A DNA stretch of 64,000 nt from a virus, in the IMG/VR virus record IMGVR_UViG_3300032050_000010, one strand, 5' to 3'. The translations under genes and the position numbers were made by a program. Position 1 is the first letter of the stretch. The number at the start of each line of letters is the position of its first letter. Below the pieces are notes generated by a model, which ran no database searches, was not told where the DNA came from, and was given only the letters and a program-made list of their open reading frames with translations. Positions 49,716 through 58,797 of the stretch are shown one piece after another.

Positions 49716-51532
49716 CCGAGACAGTCATATCAAAACCTGCTTTGTTAGTTGATCTTCCCGAAGTCAGCAGCATAGAAGCAAAGTTCGTCTACAACTTTTT
49801 TACGTCCGATGAGCGTACTAACGAGACGTCTAATGTGTACGGTAGCGTCGGTTTTACATCGACCGACGTTGATCTAACAACATCAACGTATACAGATAAT
49901 ATCGGTACATCGAACATACAAAATGAAACACTCAGAGCGTTTTATGGACGCAACGCTGTCTATCCCAGATTTAACAGAATAACCATCACAAAGCCTCCTG
50001 TCGCAATTGATAGAAACTTATCAATTAGTAGAACAGATATAAAGGGAAATGTTGCTCGAGAAGCTGCGCTTAATGTGTTTGGAAGAGTAGGTGTCAGCAT
50101 TATTGACACAACGCTGGACAAGACAATTTACCGTATCCTGTCAGGGTCAATCACTGCTCTCCAAGATCAAGAAACTAGCAGCGCATCAAGAAGAATTCTT
50201 GATGCCGTCGTGAATAGCATACAGCCCGACGGATACAGATACGCAGTGTCTGATATGCGTCAAATCAAAGTTAGTGCTGTTGAAGAGACACTACGTGGGC
50301 TTGAGTTTGGCTTTTCTTTTCTACCTACTGTTGCAGGAACAGTTGCAGATGCCAGCCTAAGCTCACCGAAGAATGTTTATGCAGATGAGATCTCTAGTAC
50401 ACAAACGGAATTGAATGAAGTGGAAGATCAATCTGTTGCTGGGAGCAGGCCATACGTTCTCAGAACATCTGACTATGAAGCAGATTTTAATTTTATTGAT
50501 GATGCTGTCATTGTCTCACCGACACTCAAGAATAATTTAATCGGCTACATCATTCAAAAGTTTGGCACACGTGACGATGGAACAGTCGACATCTTTAGTG
50601 AGAAGCTTGATCTCAATCCAAATACAACTTCGTTCATCGATCCTGAGATCGCATACGGAAGAAGTTACAAGTACAGAGTGATCTCTCTGTATGCATGTCA
50701 GTTTCAGATGAACCAGCAAGTGACAACAGCATTTGGAACCGAAGAAGATAAAGTTGTGACCAGGTATGCCCTGTTTGCATCAAGAGGATCAGATGCATCC
50801 GTCGTCTGCGAAGAGTACATTGCACCTCCTCCACCCGTTGATCTCGCATTTAGATATCGAGCTGACAATACAGGCTTAAACATTACGTGGAATTTTCCCA
50901 TCAACTTGCAAGCTGACATTAAGAAAATTCAAGTTTTTCGGAGAAGCTCGACTTCTGAGCCATTTCAGTTACTTAGAATGTACGATTTTGACGACTCAGT
51001 TGTCAAGACACCAGATCCAGAGCGTGTACCAGAACGCCTGATAACACGTAGCTTGCTACCCACTACGCTGCACAGAGACACAGAGTTCACTAAGAACAGT
51101 AGGTTCATCTATGCAGTGTGTGCCATCGACGCGCACGGCTACACGTCTAACTACTCAGTGCAGCTTGAAGCATCTTACGATAGATACCGCAATAGGATTA
51201 ACACGCGTGTCATCTCTAGATCCGATGCGCCTAAGCCATACCCTAACATTTTTCTTAACCGTGACACATTTGTCGATACCATGAAGATGTCAGGCTACAC
51301 ACGCCTCAACATTTATTTTGATCCTGAGTACATCAGCATCACAGATGCAACTGGCGATGATCAAGAGCACGTTGTCTTCAACAATAATCGCGGCGATGAT
51401 AACAGTTATAAACTACTTGTTGTTAATACTGACTTCCAGCAGAGCCAAACGCTTGATATTAAGATCAACGATAGTTATGTTGAACCTCCAGTTATCACGC
51501 CTTCGACAGCCCGTGTCTTTAGGCCCACGTAA
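49712..51532 (+). CDS. FN3-domain virion protein
   Basis: FIDPEIAYGRSYKYRV, PPPPVDLAF...LNITWNFP, FIYAVCAIDAHG...SNYS. Confidence 0.65.
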   Translation: MTETVISKPALLVDLPEVSSIEAKFVYNFFTSDERTNETSNVYGSVGFTSTDVDLTTSTYTDNIGTSNIQNETLRAFYGRNAVYPRFNRITITKPPVAIDRNLSISRTDIKGNVAREAALNVFGRVGVSIIDTTLDKTIYRILSGSITALQDQETSSASRRILDAVVNSIQPDGYRYAVSDMRQIKVSAVEETLRGLEFGFSFLPTVAGTVADASLSSPKNVYADEISSTQTELNEVEDQSVAGSRPYVLRTSDYEADFNFIDDAVIVSPTLKNNLIGYIIQKFGTRDDGTVDIFSEKLDLNPNTTSFIDPEIAYGRSYKYRVISLYACQFQMNQQVTTAFGTEEDKVVTRYALFASRGSDASVVCEEYIAPPPPVDLAFRYRADNTGLNITWNFPINLQADIKKIQVFRRSSTSEPFQLLRMYDFDDSVVKTPDPERVPERLITRSLLPTTLHRDTEFTKNSRFIYAVCAIDAHGYTSNYSVQLEASYDRYRNRINTRVISRSDAPKPYPNIFLNRDTFVDTMKMSGYTRLNIYFDPEYISITDATGDDQEHVVFNNNRGDDNSYKLLVVNTDFQQSQTLDIKINDSYVEPPVITPSTARVFRPT

Positions 51533-51581
51533 TATTTAACTTATAACTTCAAGCAAAGAATATTTAGAAACAGGTGTACAA

Positions 51582-52286
51582 ATGGGTTTTCTCAATCAAA
51601 CAACAAACAACATCATCGTTGACGCAGTTTTAACTGACCTGGGTCGACAGTTTCTCGCGAGAAATGATGGTAGTTTCAACATCGTTAAGTTCGCACTAGC
51701 TGACAATGAAGTTGACTACACGGTCATACAGCAGTACGGTCGTCTTGTTGGAAAAGACAAGATCGAGAAGAACACACCAGTGTTTGAAGCTTCAACTAAT
51801 GCAAACATTGCGCTCAAGTACAAGCTGGTAAGCATCTCAAATCCTGCCTTGACATTGCTCCCATCCCTCACACTTGATTACGGATCAGCGATCGTTAATT
51901 CTAATGTCGTGTCGATCTCACGCCTCACACAGAACCCATCCCTCACGATCACTGTTAAGCAGTCGATCACGCAAGGTAACTTTGTCTCACCTGAGCTCAT
52001 TGATAATGCATTTGAAGTTCGAGTCAACGACCTTTTCCTAGGCCTCCAGAACCTCGTGCCCGACTCAGTTGATGCAAGCAACAATGCAACCTACCTTGTT
52101 GACAGGTCGTCAGCACTGTCAAGCGCAAGTGAAGCATCCGGACAGTTCACGCTGCGCCTCAAGACATTCTCTCAGACACTGTTCGACACATACAAGTCAA
52201 GTGGCCTCAATGTTGTTAGAACATACGTTCGTATTACAGGCATCAACTCTGGTGCCGTCAAAGAATTTGAAGTAAGGATCAGCTAG
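51582..52286 (+). CDS. Baseplate/tail-collar-type structural protein
   Basis: DAVLTDLGRQFLA...IVKFALADNEVDY resembles the first half of the P2 gpH N-terminal collar domain. Confidence 0.6.
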   Translation: MGFLNQTTNNIIVDAVLTDLGRQFLARNDGSFNIVKFALADNEVDYTVIQQYGRLVGKDKIEKNTPVFEASTNANIALKYKLVSISNPALTLLPSLTLDYGSAIVNSNVVSISRLTQNPSLTITVKQSITQGNFVSPELIDNAFEVRVNDLFLGLQNLVPDSVDASNNATYLVDRSSALSSASEASGQFTLRLKTFSQTLFDTYKSSGLNVVRTYVRITGINSGAVKEFEVRIS

Positions 52287-52294
52287 GATAAAAA

Positions 52295-53488
52295 ATGCCC
52301 ACATTTAAAGAGATAACTGCTGCAGATATCAAGACTAGCAGATCAGCGCTCAACCAGCTGGTCGACGTCATCCAGAACGACATCTCGAGCTCAGATACGC
52401 GCAAGAAGTATCAAGTGTTCGTCACAGGCGGTATAGGGCCTGGCGTCACATCGTCGCTGTTTCAGACAGTTTTCGACCAGGATTACACTCTTCAGACGGC
52501 AAATGAGGTGCTTGACCTAACAGTAGGCCTCTTCTCAGGTAGCTCAACAGTTGCTGGTAGCACAACTGGCGTCGATTCGGCAGGCAAGCTTCTTTTCCCA
52601 TCACAGTCATTGATGATGAGAGAGAAGATCAACGTCTACCGACAGTTCGCACAGACACTGCTCGGTGATGCAGATGCTCAATTCTCGGCACCGTTCAGCA
52701 ATCCTGCAACAACTGACTACATTGACGAGGCAATATTCGTCAACATCAAGCGCCTATTCGCACGTGACCGCGTCAAACCACAGACATTTGCGATGCAGTT
52801 CTACACGACTGGCGTCGTTGATAGTACAACGTCAGGTCAGCCTGCCTATTCAAATATTGATAGAACATCAACGTCAGGATCAGCCATTTTGACAGATGCA
52901 GGACAAGGGACGCAGTTTGGTTTCGGTGGCCAAGTTGGCGATATTGCATTCTCCACGCTGTCATCTAATGTCGTAGGTAATCTCTTCTACGATCAAGGCA
53001 TCATAGTTCTAGACGCCAAGAAGGTTCTATCAGGGACGCAACATGTGTCGGGAACAATTGACGCTATGTCATCAGGCGGTACAGCAGTAATTGGAAGTGC
53101 AAGTGGAAATCCAAATGCCAAATTTATCCCTGATTTCTTTGTATCAGGATCGATCGATGACATCGTTGACCATCTTGCATCCTGCAGATTTAGCTCTGGC
53201 TCTCTCACAGCGCTGACGTTCCAGAATGTCACCAACATCAATTCAACCTTGGTGTTCTGTCGTGCCACGTCGGATGAGTTCAACTACTCGTCAAATCCCA
53301 CTTTCACTGACGCAGACGGTAATATCATTGTCATCGATGATCCTACGTCTGATCGAACATTCAGCTACATCACAACGGTGGGTCTCTACGATGCAAACGA
53401 TAACTTGCTGGCAGTTGCCAAGATGAGTCGTCCAATCGAGAAGAATGATGAGAAGGATTTGACATTTAGAGTAAGATTAGATTTTTAA
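52295..53488 (+). CDS. Tail/baseplate structural protein
   Basis: C-terminal EFNYSSNPTF...YITTVGLYDANDNLLAVAKMSRPIEK...FRVRLDF. Confidence 0.65.
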   Translation: MPTFKEITAADIKTSRSALNQLVDVIQNDISSSDTRKKYQVFVTGGIGPGVTSSLFQTVFDQDYTLQTANEVLDLTVGLFSGSSTVAGSTTGVDSAGKLLFPSQSLMMREKINVYRQFAQTLLGDADAQFSAPFSNPATTDYIDEAIFVNIKRLFARDRVKPQTFAMQFYTTGVVDSTTSGQPAYSNIDRTSTSGSAILTDAGQGTQFGFGGQVGDIAFSTLSSNVVGNLFYDQGIIVLDAKKVLSGTQHVSGTIDAMSSGGTAVIGSASGNPNAKFIPDFFVSGSIDDIVDHLASCRFSSGSLTALTFQNVTNINSTLVFCRATSDEFNYSSNPTFTDADGNIIVIDDPTSDRTFSYITTVGLYDANDNLLAVAKMSRPIEKNDEKDLTFRVRLDF

Positions 53489-53548
53489 ATCTTTTTTGTC
53501 GTTCTTCTCTTTTAAAGTGCGCGTTATATTTAATCTATAGAGCGCATC

Positions 53549-54451
53549 ATGACGAAATTTGCACCAGTTCAAGTCACCTGCCAGTTCTGCCAAAAGATCT
53601 GGCAGGTTCCCTATAGATCGAGAAGCTCAAAATATTGCTCAAAAGCTTGCTCCAACTCCGGAACAAAACGCCAACGCGTCACGAAGACGTGCGAGCACTG
53701 CGGCACGGAATTTGATGTCATAAAGTTTAGAGCAGAAGATGCTAGATTTTGCACACAGAAATGTGCTTACGATCATCTTTATCAGAGACCTGATGGGCCT
53801 ATAATCATTTCTTGCGAAGGCTGCGGAAGCAATTTTGAGACGACGTTTATCAATAGAGCTCGACGATTTTGCTCTAAATCATGCGCAAATTTAGGTGAAA
53901 GAAATGCATTCTATCATTGTAGAGGTGCAGCAAATCACAGGTTTGGAAAACCTGCTTGGAACAGCGGATTGACAGCTTATACAGACGATCGTGTCAAAAG
54001 AAATTCTGAAAAAGTATCAGATGCCATCTCTCAAAAGATTGTCGACGGTCTTTGGACACATACGGGCTTTAAGACAGAGTGGTACGTATCTAAGAAAGCA
54101 GGCAGAATTTTTCTGCGGTCATCTTACGAAAGTGTTTTTGCAAGGCAACTTGATAATGACAACGATGTAGTAACATTTACATCCGAACCATTAAAGATAC
54201 CCTACACACATGATGAAAGACGAAAGAACTACATTCCAGATTTCTTAGTAGAATATCGCGATGGTAAAAAAGAGATTATTGAAGTGAAACCTTGCACTCT
54301 GGTTTCATCTGATGAAGTGTCTGTAAAGACAAGTGCAGCAATAAAATTTTGCAATGACCTGGGAATTAGCTACAGGATCGTAACCGAAGCCGATTTAGGA
54401 TTGACGCACGCTCGAGGCGATGAATTTAAGGATAATAAAACATGTTTATAG
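53549..54451 (+). mobile_element. Free-standing putative homing endonuclease: 3 Zn-finger repeats + NUMOD3-like + TnsA-like PD-(D/E)XK nuclease
   Basis: Three CxxC-x(16-17)-(Y/F)C(S/T)xxC repeats, NHRFGKPAWNSG, and RSSYE...EPLKIPY...YIPDFLV...IEVKP. Sits between two paralogous structural genes. Confidence 0.7.
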
Positions 54452-54475
54452 TTATAAAGGTAAAAAGAGGGGTAC

Positions 54476-56878
54476 ATGTCATTCATCAAGCTGCAGCCTG
54501 AGAACTTCGACACGTTCTCTCTCACACTGCGGCCACGCGCTGAGTTTGTGTCGTCTTCAAGCGGGATCACAGGATCAGTTCGGTTGATAGAACGGCCGAG
54601 TGCCTATCTTAAGGAAGAAATTGCCATAGGCACTAGAGGAACGACGACGTTTGTAGAAGATCCTACAGGACCTGCATACATCGAGTCACTGAGGCAGGAC
54701 ATAATTGCTAACACTACAGATCGTCCTGCTCTGCTAGATGAGTACATTCGTCTTGTAAATCTCCTAGCTGAGAGTAGGAAAAATGACATCGTCATCCCGG
54801 TGCAGCGTATAACACAGTCGATCGAATTTGATCGCAACTCATTCACTAAAAGCATCATCAAGAATGTCATGATGCCACAGTACCGATCTGTCTACGCAGA
54901 TTGTGACTACTCTTATAAGAACTACCACACGATCAACTTCTTCACAGCATCGACGGTGCCTAGTGATAGCGCAATCATCTATCCAAACATTGATGACCAA
55001 TACACACTGACAGATGCTTTTAGCTTTGATTTTTACATCAATCCGAGGTATTTAGCAGACGCAGGTATTAGCTTTAATGCAGGTGCTATCCTGCACATGT
55101 CGTCATCAATTTGTGTGTCACTACACACAGGATCACACAAGAATGCAGACGGTCAAGTTGATCAATTTCGTCTTGCAGTAGGCTTTCAGCACAGTGCGAA
55201 TGTGCCACTTAACAGTATTGATGTTACGCAGGCAAATGGTTCAAGATCATATCCGCAAGATTTAATCTACGTCAGCGATGATAATCTCTTAAAGCATAAC
55301 AACTGGCATCATGTTTCAATTCGTTGGGGCGCATCATACAACAACGGATCAGGATCTTTCACAATTGATGCTACGACATCTTCTTTCTACTACCCAAGCA
55401 GCTCAATTACAGACACAGCAAATGTAGAAACATTGATCTTGGGAAATCAGTATGTTGGAAGTGATACGACGGCAAAGTTCTTCAACAGCGTAGTTGCTAA
55501 CACAACAACAGGTGAAGGTGTAACGCAACTCGACGGAGGCACAAGCGACCCAGCAGGTTTCACGTTTTCAAGCCCACTCAATGCCGAAATACATGAAGTT
55601 AAAATTTTCAATAGAGTTTTGACAGATACAGAAGTTAGTTACTACAGAACAAATGGCGCCACCGCCAGTACTTCTGGATTGATTTTTTACTTGCCTCCCT
55701 TTTTTACAAACTACGCTGTAAAACAGCAGGAAGATTTTGTCACACCAATAGGTAAATTAAGTGAGATAGCAGGTAAGCCCGCCGCAAAGTTAAATGTTAC
55801 GCCTTTCAACATACCACTTGCTTTTGCTTGTCAAGTTTTTTCTCCTAATCTTCAAAATTTTCTATTTGATCAAGTTTCAAGTTCACCAGCTCAATTTGCA
55901 TCAAGTGGGTTAAACTACGCACCGCGCCTTTATCGCCTAACAGGATCGCTCAATACAACCGTTGTTGACACATTTGCTGTCGATCACTTGCTCAAAGATC
56001 CTGCTTTTGCTAAGCGTGCGTACACAATTTTGCCATGTGACAATGGCTTCATCTCGCCGTCTATAAGCTTGATAACAGACACAGCAGAAGGTTTATATAG
56101 ACAATTTTCACTTGGAATAGATGAAGTAAAAGACAGCATATCACTGTCTAACATAGACACAACACTTGAACCTACATCGCAGGGAACGGGATCGATAGCA
56201 AGGTCAGGAATTGAAAATTATTTAACTCCAACAAACTTCAATTTTGACACGAGCTACTACAGCCTCTTCTCGCGCGGTTATCAAGGGACAGTCACATCAC
56301 TCTTTTCTTTTAACACAACGTCATCATTTGCTGATAGATCAAGCAACCTGTCGACGATCTATCAAGTTAGCAATCTCTATTACGGTAATCAGATATTCCC
56401 GCAGTCATTTACATTATCATCTACAGCACTGACAGGCTCGGGTGATAAGATTAACATCACGCTTAAGGATAACGGCTTTGGGGGTCTCTACCGCGCAGAT
56501 GCAGTCACACCTCCGCCCACTTGGGCGACTGTAGGTAACCTCTTCTACGATGAGGGTCTTGCGATCATCAAGTCACCTCACCTCTACTACTTCGGTAAGG
56601 ACAATTTCTCTGTCTCGTTCAATGGGTCGCAGAATATCCACACATATACTATCGATGTTATTTGTCCAGCTGGAGAGATCAACTCATCATCTAATCCGAG
56701 TTACCTATCATTCCCACCTACAAATGAACAGAATGAAACGGCAGATAACTTCGTGTACATCACGGGCATCAATATTCACGACGACAACTTTAACGTTATT
56801 ATGAGAGCGAACCTGGCACAACCAGTGCTCAAGAGGCCCGATGAAGAGTTTCTCTTTAGAATTAAGTACGACATGTGA
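54476..56878 (+). CDS. LamG-containing tail/baseplate protein
   Basis: NNWHHVSIRW and AEIHEVKIFNRVLT; C-terminus paralogous to 52295..53488. Confidence 0.65.
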   Translation: MSFIKLQPENFDTFSLTLRPRAEFVSSSSGITGSVRLIERPSAYLKEEIAIGTRGTTTFVEDPTGPAYIESLRQDIIANTTDRPALLDEYIRLVNLLAESRKNDIVIPVQRITQSIEFDRNSFTKSIIKNVMMPQYRSVYADCDYSYKNYHTINFFTASTVPSDSAIIYPNIDDQYTLTDAFSFDFYINPRYLADAGISFNAGAILHMSSSICVSLHTGSHKNADGQVDQFRLAVGFQHSANVPLNSIDVTQANGSRSYPQDLIYVSDDNLLKHNNWHHVSIRWGASYNNGSGSFTIDATTSSFYYPSSSITDTANVETLILGNQYVGSDTTAKFFNSVVANTTTGEGVTQLDGGTSDPAGFTFSSPLNAEIHEVKIFNRVLTDTEVSYYRTNGATASTSGLIFYLPPFFTNYAVKQQEDFVTPIGKLSEIAGKPAAKLNVTPFNIPLAFACQVFSPNLQNFLFDQVSSSPAQFASSGLNYAPRLYRLTGSLNTTVVDTFAVDHLLKDPAFAKRAYTILPCDNGFISPSISLITDTAEGLYRQFSLGIDEVKDSISLSNIDTTLEPTSQGTGSIARSGIENYLTPTNFNFDTSYYSLFSRGYQGTVTSLFSFNTTSSFADRSSNLSTIYQVSNLYYGNQIFPQSFTLSSTALTGSGDKINITLKDNGFGGLYRADAVTPPPTWATVGNLFYDEGLAIIKSPHLYYFGKDNFSVSFNGSQNIHTYTIDVICPAGEINSSSNPSYLSFPPTNEQNETADNFVYITGINIHDDNFNVIMRANLAQPVLKRPDEEFLFRIKYDM

Positions 56879-57401
56879 TACGATCCTCGGCCTCGACATC
56901 TCGACGTCATGCACAGGCTACGCGATTGTGACGACAGATGTGGGCAGAGTAGTTGAGGTAGGAAATTTTAAGCTTGACAAGCTTGATGACTTCTTCGATA
57001 AGTGTGATGCTTATAGGACCGCACTCTCGGCAGTTTTTGCAAGGCATGTGGGCATCAAGAAGATCTGCATCGAGGAGAACTTGCAAGCATTCCGGCCAGG
57101 CATGTCATCTGCTAAGACGATCAATACACTCGCTCGTTTTAATGGCGCAGCGTCTCTGATCTCTTACGAAGTTTGCAAGACAAAACCCGTCTTTCTCAAT
57201 GCCACGTCAGCAAGGTCGAAGCTGGGTATCAAGCTTGACCGAAAGTCAGAAGTGTCCACGAAGCAGCAGATCTTCGAGTTCGTCAAACCTCAAATTGACA
57301 TTGAGTGGCCCACCACAAAGACGGGTGGCGTCCAGACATCGTGCTATGATATGTCAGATGCATATGTGCTGGCTCGAGCAGGCTGGTTGAACAAAGAGTA
57401 G
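56841..57401 (+). CDS. RuvC-like Holliday junction resolvase
   Basis: ILGLDISTSCTGYA, ICIEE, DMSDAY. Confidence 0.8.
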   Translation: MKSFSLELSTTCDTILGLDISTSCTGYAIVTTDVGRVVEVGNFKLDKLDDFFDKCDAYRTALSAVFARHVGIKKICIEENLQAFRPGMSSAKTINTLARFNGAASLISYEVCKTKPVFLNATSARSKLGIKLDRKSEVSTKQQIFEFVKPQIDIEWPTTKTGGVQTSCYDMSDAYVLARAGWLNKE

Positions 57402-57415
57402 ACGTATCTTACTAT
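57387..57415 (+). promoter_or_regulatory. Sigma70-type promoter TTGAAC-17-TACTAT, leaderless for primase
   Basis: -35 at 57387-92, 17-bp spacer, -10 at 57410-15, ATG at 57422. Confidence 0.65.
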
Positions 57416-57421
57416 TAAGAT

Positions 57422-58384
57422 ATGACGACTGTCACTTCGACCGAGAAGATAAGATTTCTGCGCGGCATATTTCGTGACATCCAAGTTTCACGAGACGGCA
57501 ACGATTGTGCTGTTCCGTGCCCAAACTGTAAGACACCTGACAAGAAGAAGCTGTCGATCAACGTTGAGACGTGGAAGTACCACTGCTGGGTATGTGGTGT
57601 CAAAGGTGGAAATCTTCGATCGCTCTTTAAGCAGTACTACTCACCCGAAGTTGTTGTCGCTTTTAGAGAGCATTTCGGCATTAGTGACGATGACGCATCT
57701 GAGGTTCCTGTTGTAGAGGTTGTGACACTGCCTGACGGTTTGCAACCTGTTGCACTCGTGGCAAACTCTAAGAACCCTAATTTCAGAGCGACATACAACT
57801 ATCTGATGCGGCGCGGCCTAACTGAGCGCGACCTGTGGTATTGGAAGATGTGTGTCAGCAGTGAGAATAGCTTTACAAGACGCGTCATCATACCCTCATT
57901 TGACTCTGATGGTGATCTTAACTACTACGTCTCACGTTCGATTGATAAGGACACAAAACCTCGCTATGTCAATTCAAAAGCAAACAAGACAGAGATCATC
58001 TTCAACGATTTAATGGTTGATTGGTCAAAGCCCGTCGTGATCGTCGAGGGCGTCTTTGATGCGATCAACGTTGGTCAGAATGCAATCCCAATACTTGGAT
58101 CGTACCTACCGCAATCAGCAGCACTTTTTGCCAAGATTGTGGCAAACAATATTCCGGTGACGTTGGCACTCGACCCCGACGTTGAGGATAAGATGCATAA
58201 GATTGCAGGTGATCTGTACAAGTTCGGCGTCGAGGTCCGTCAAGCAGACATCACAGGTTTTAAAGACATCGGTGAGATGCCGCGTGACGTTGCTAAGCAG
58301 TGTATAGCAGATGCAAAAGCGTGGCATCCAAAGATCAGCATGCTGCACAAAATTAGCAAGATATCAAGTGGATCTATTCTATAG
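57422..58384 (+). CDS. DNA primase (Zn ribbon + TOPRIM)
   Basis: CPNC...HCWVC, RVIIP, VIVEGVFDAI, LALDPD, KDIGEM. Confidence 0.88.
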   Translation: MTTVTSTEKIRFLRGIFRDIQVSRDGNDCAVPCPNCKTPDKKKLSINVETWKYHCWVCGVKGGNLRSLFKQYYSPEVVVAFREHFGISDDDASEVPVVEVVTLPDGLQPVALVANSKNPNFRATYNYLMRRGLTERDLWYWKMCVSSENSFTRRVIIPSFDSDGDLNYYVSRSIDKDTKPRYVNSKANKTEIIFNDLMVDWSKPVVIVEGVFDAINVGQNAIPILGSYLPQSAALFAKIVANNIPVTLALDPDVEDKMHKIAGDLYKFGVEVRQADITGFKDIGEMPRDVAKQCIADAKAWHPKISMLHKISKISSGSIL

Positions 58385-58399
58385 CAGATATTTAACTGC

Positions 58400-58759
58400 A
58401 TGCCTAGTAATCTAAAACTTCGTCGATTCATTCTCAAAGAGATGGCCGATGTGCTCGCAGATGATGCACTCTTCACAAAGCAGACCCCACAAGACGACTC
58501 GCCCGTTGGTGACGTAGGCGACGAGACAGTAGATGAAGGCGGCGACTGCGGTTGCGGTTGCGGTGGAGCACCGGGAGGCTGCGGCGGCAAGAAGAGCGGA
58601 ACAATCACAGCAACTGCGCTCTTCAAGAGAAGCCTCTATGAGATCATCGAAGATGCGATTGGTGTGTACGACCAGTACGATGATGCCGACCAGATAAGCG
58701 ACGAGATGATTGCTGAGATCGAGCACTTCAGCAACAAGCTCAAAGCCTTTAGGAACTAA
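58400..58759 (+). CDS. Acidic hypothetical protein with Gly/Cys-rich motif
   Basis: GGDCGCGCGGAPGGCGG; ATATTTA 5 nt upstream of ATG. Confidence 0.65.
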   Translation: MPSNLKLRRFILKEMADVLADDALFTKQTPQDDSPVGDVGDETVDEGGDCGCGCGGAPGGCGGKKSGTITATALFKRSLYEIIEDAIGVYDQYDDADQISDEMIAEIEHFSNKLKAFRN

Positions 58760-58797
58760 AATATAAATCTAGCTTTTCTTGTCTAAGATTAGAACAT

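Noticed and set aside
30889-56878. Tailocin / extracellular contractile injection system
   Set aside because: Terminase, primase, resolvase and sigma factor in the same gene run indicate a genuine phage.
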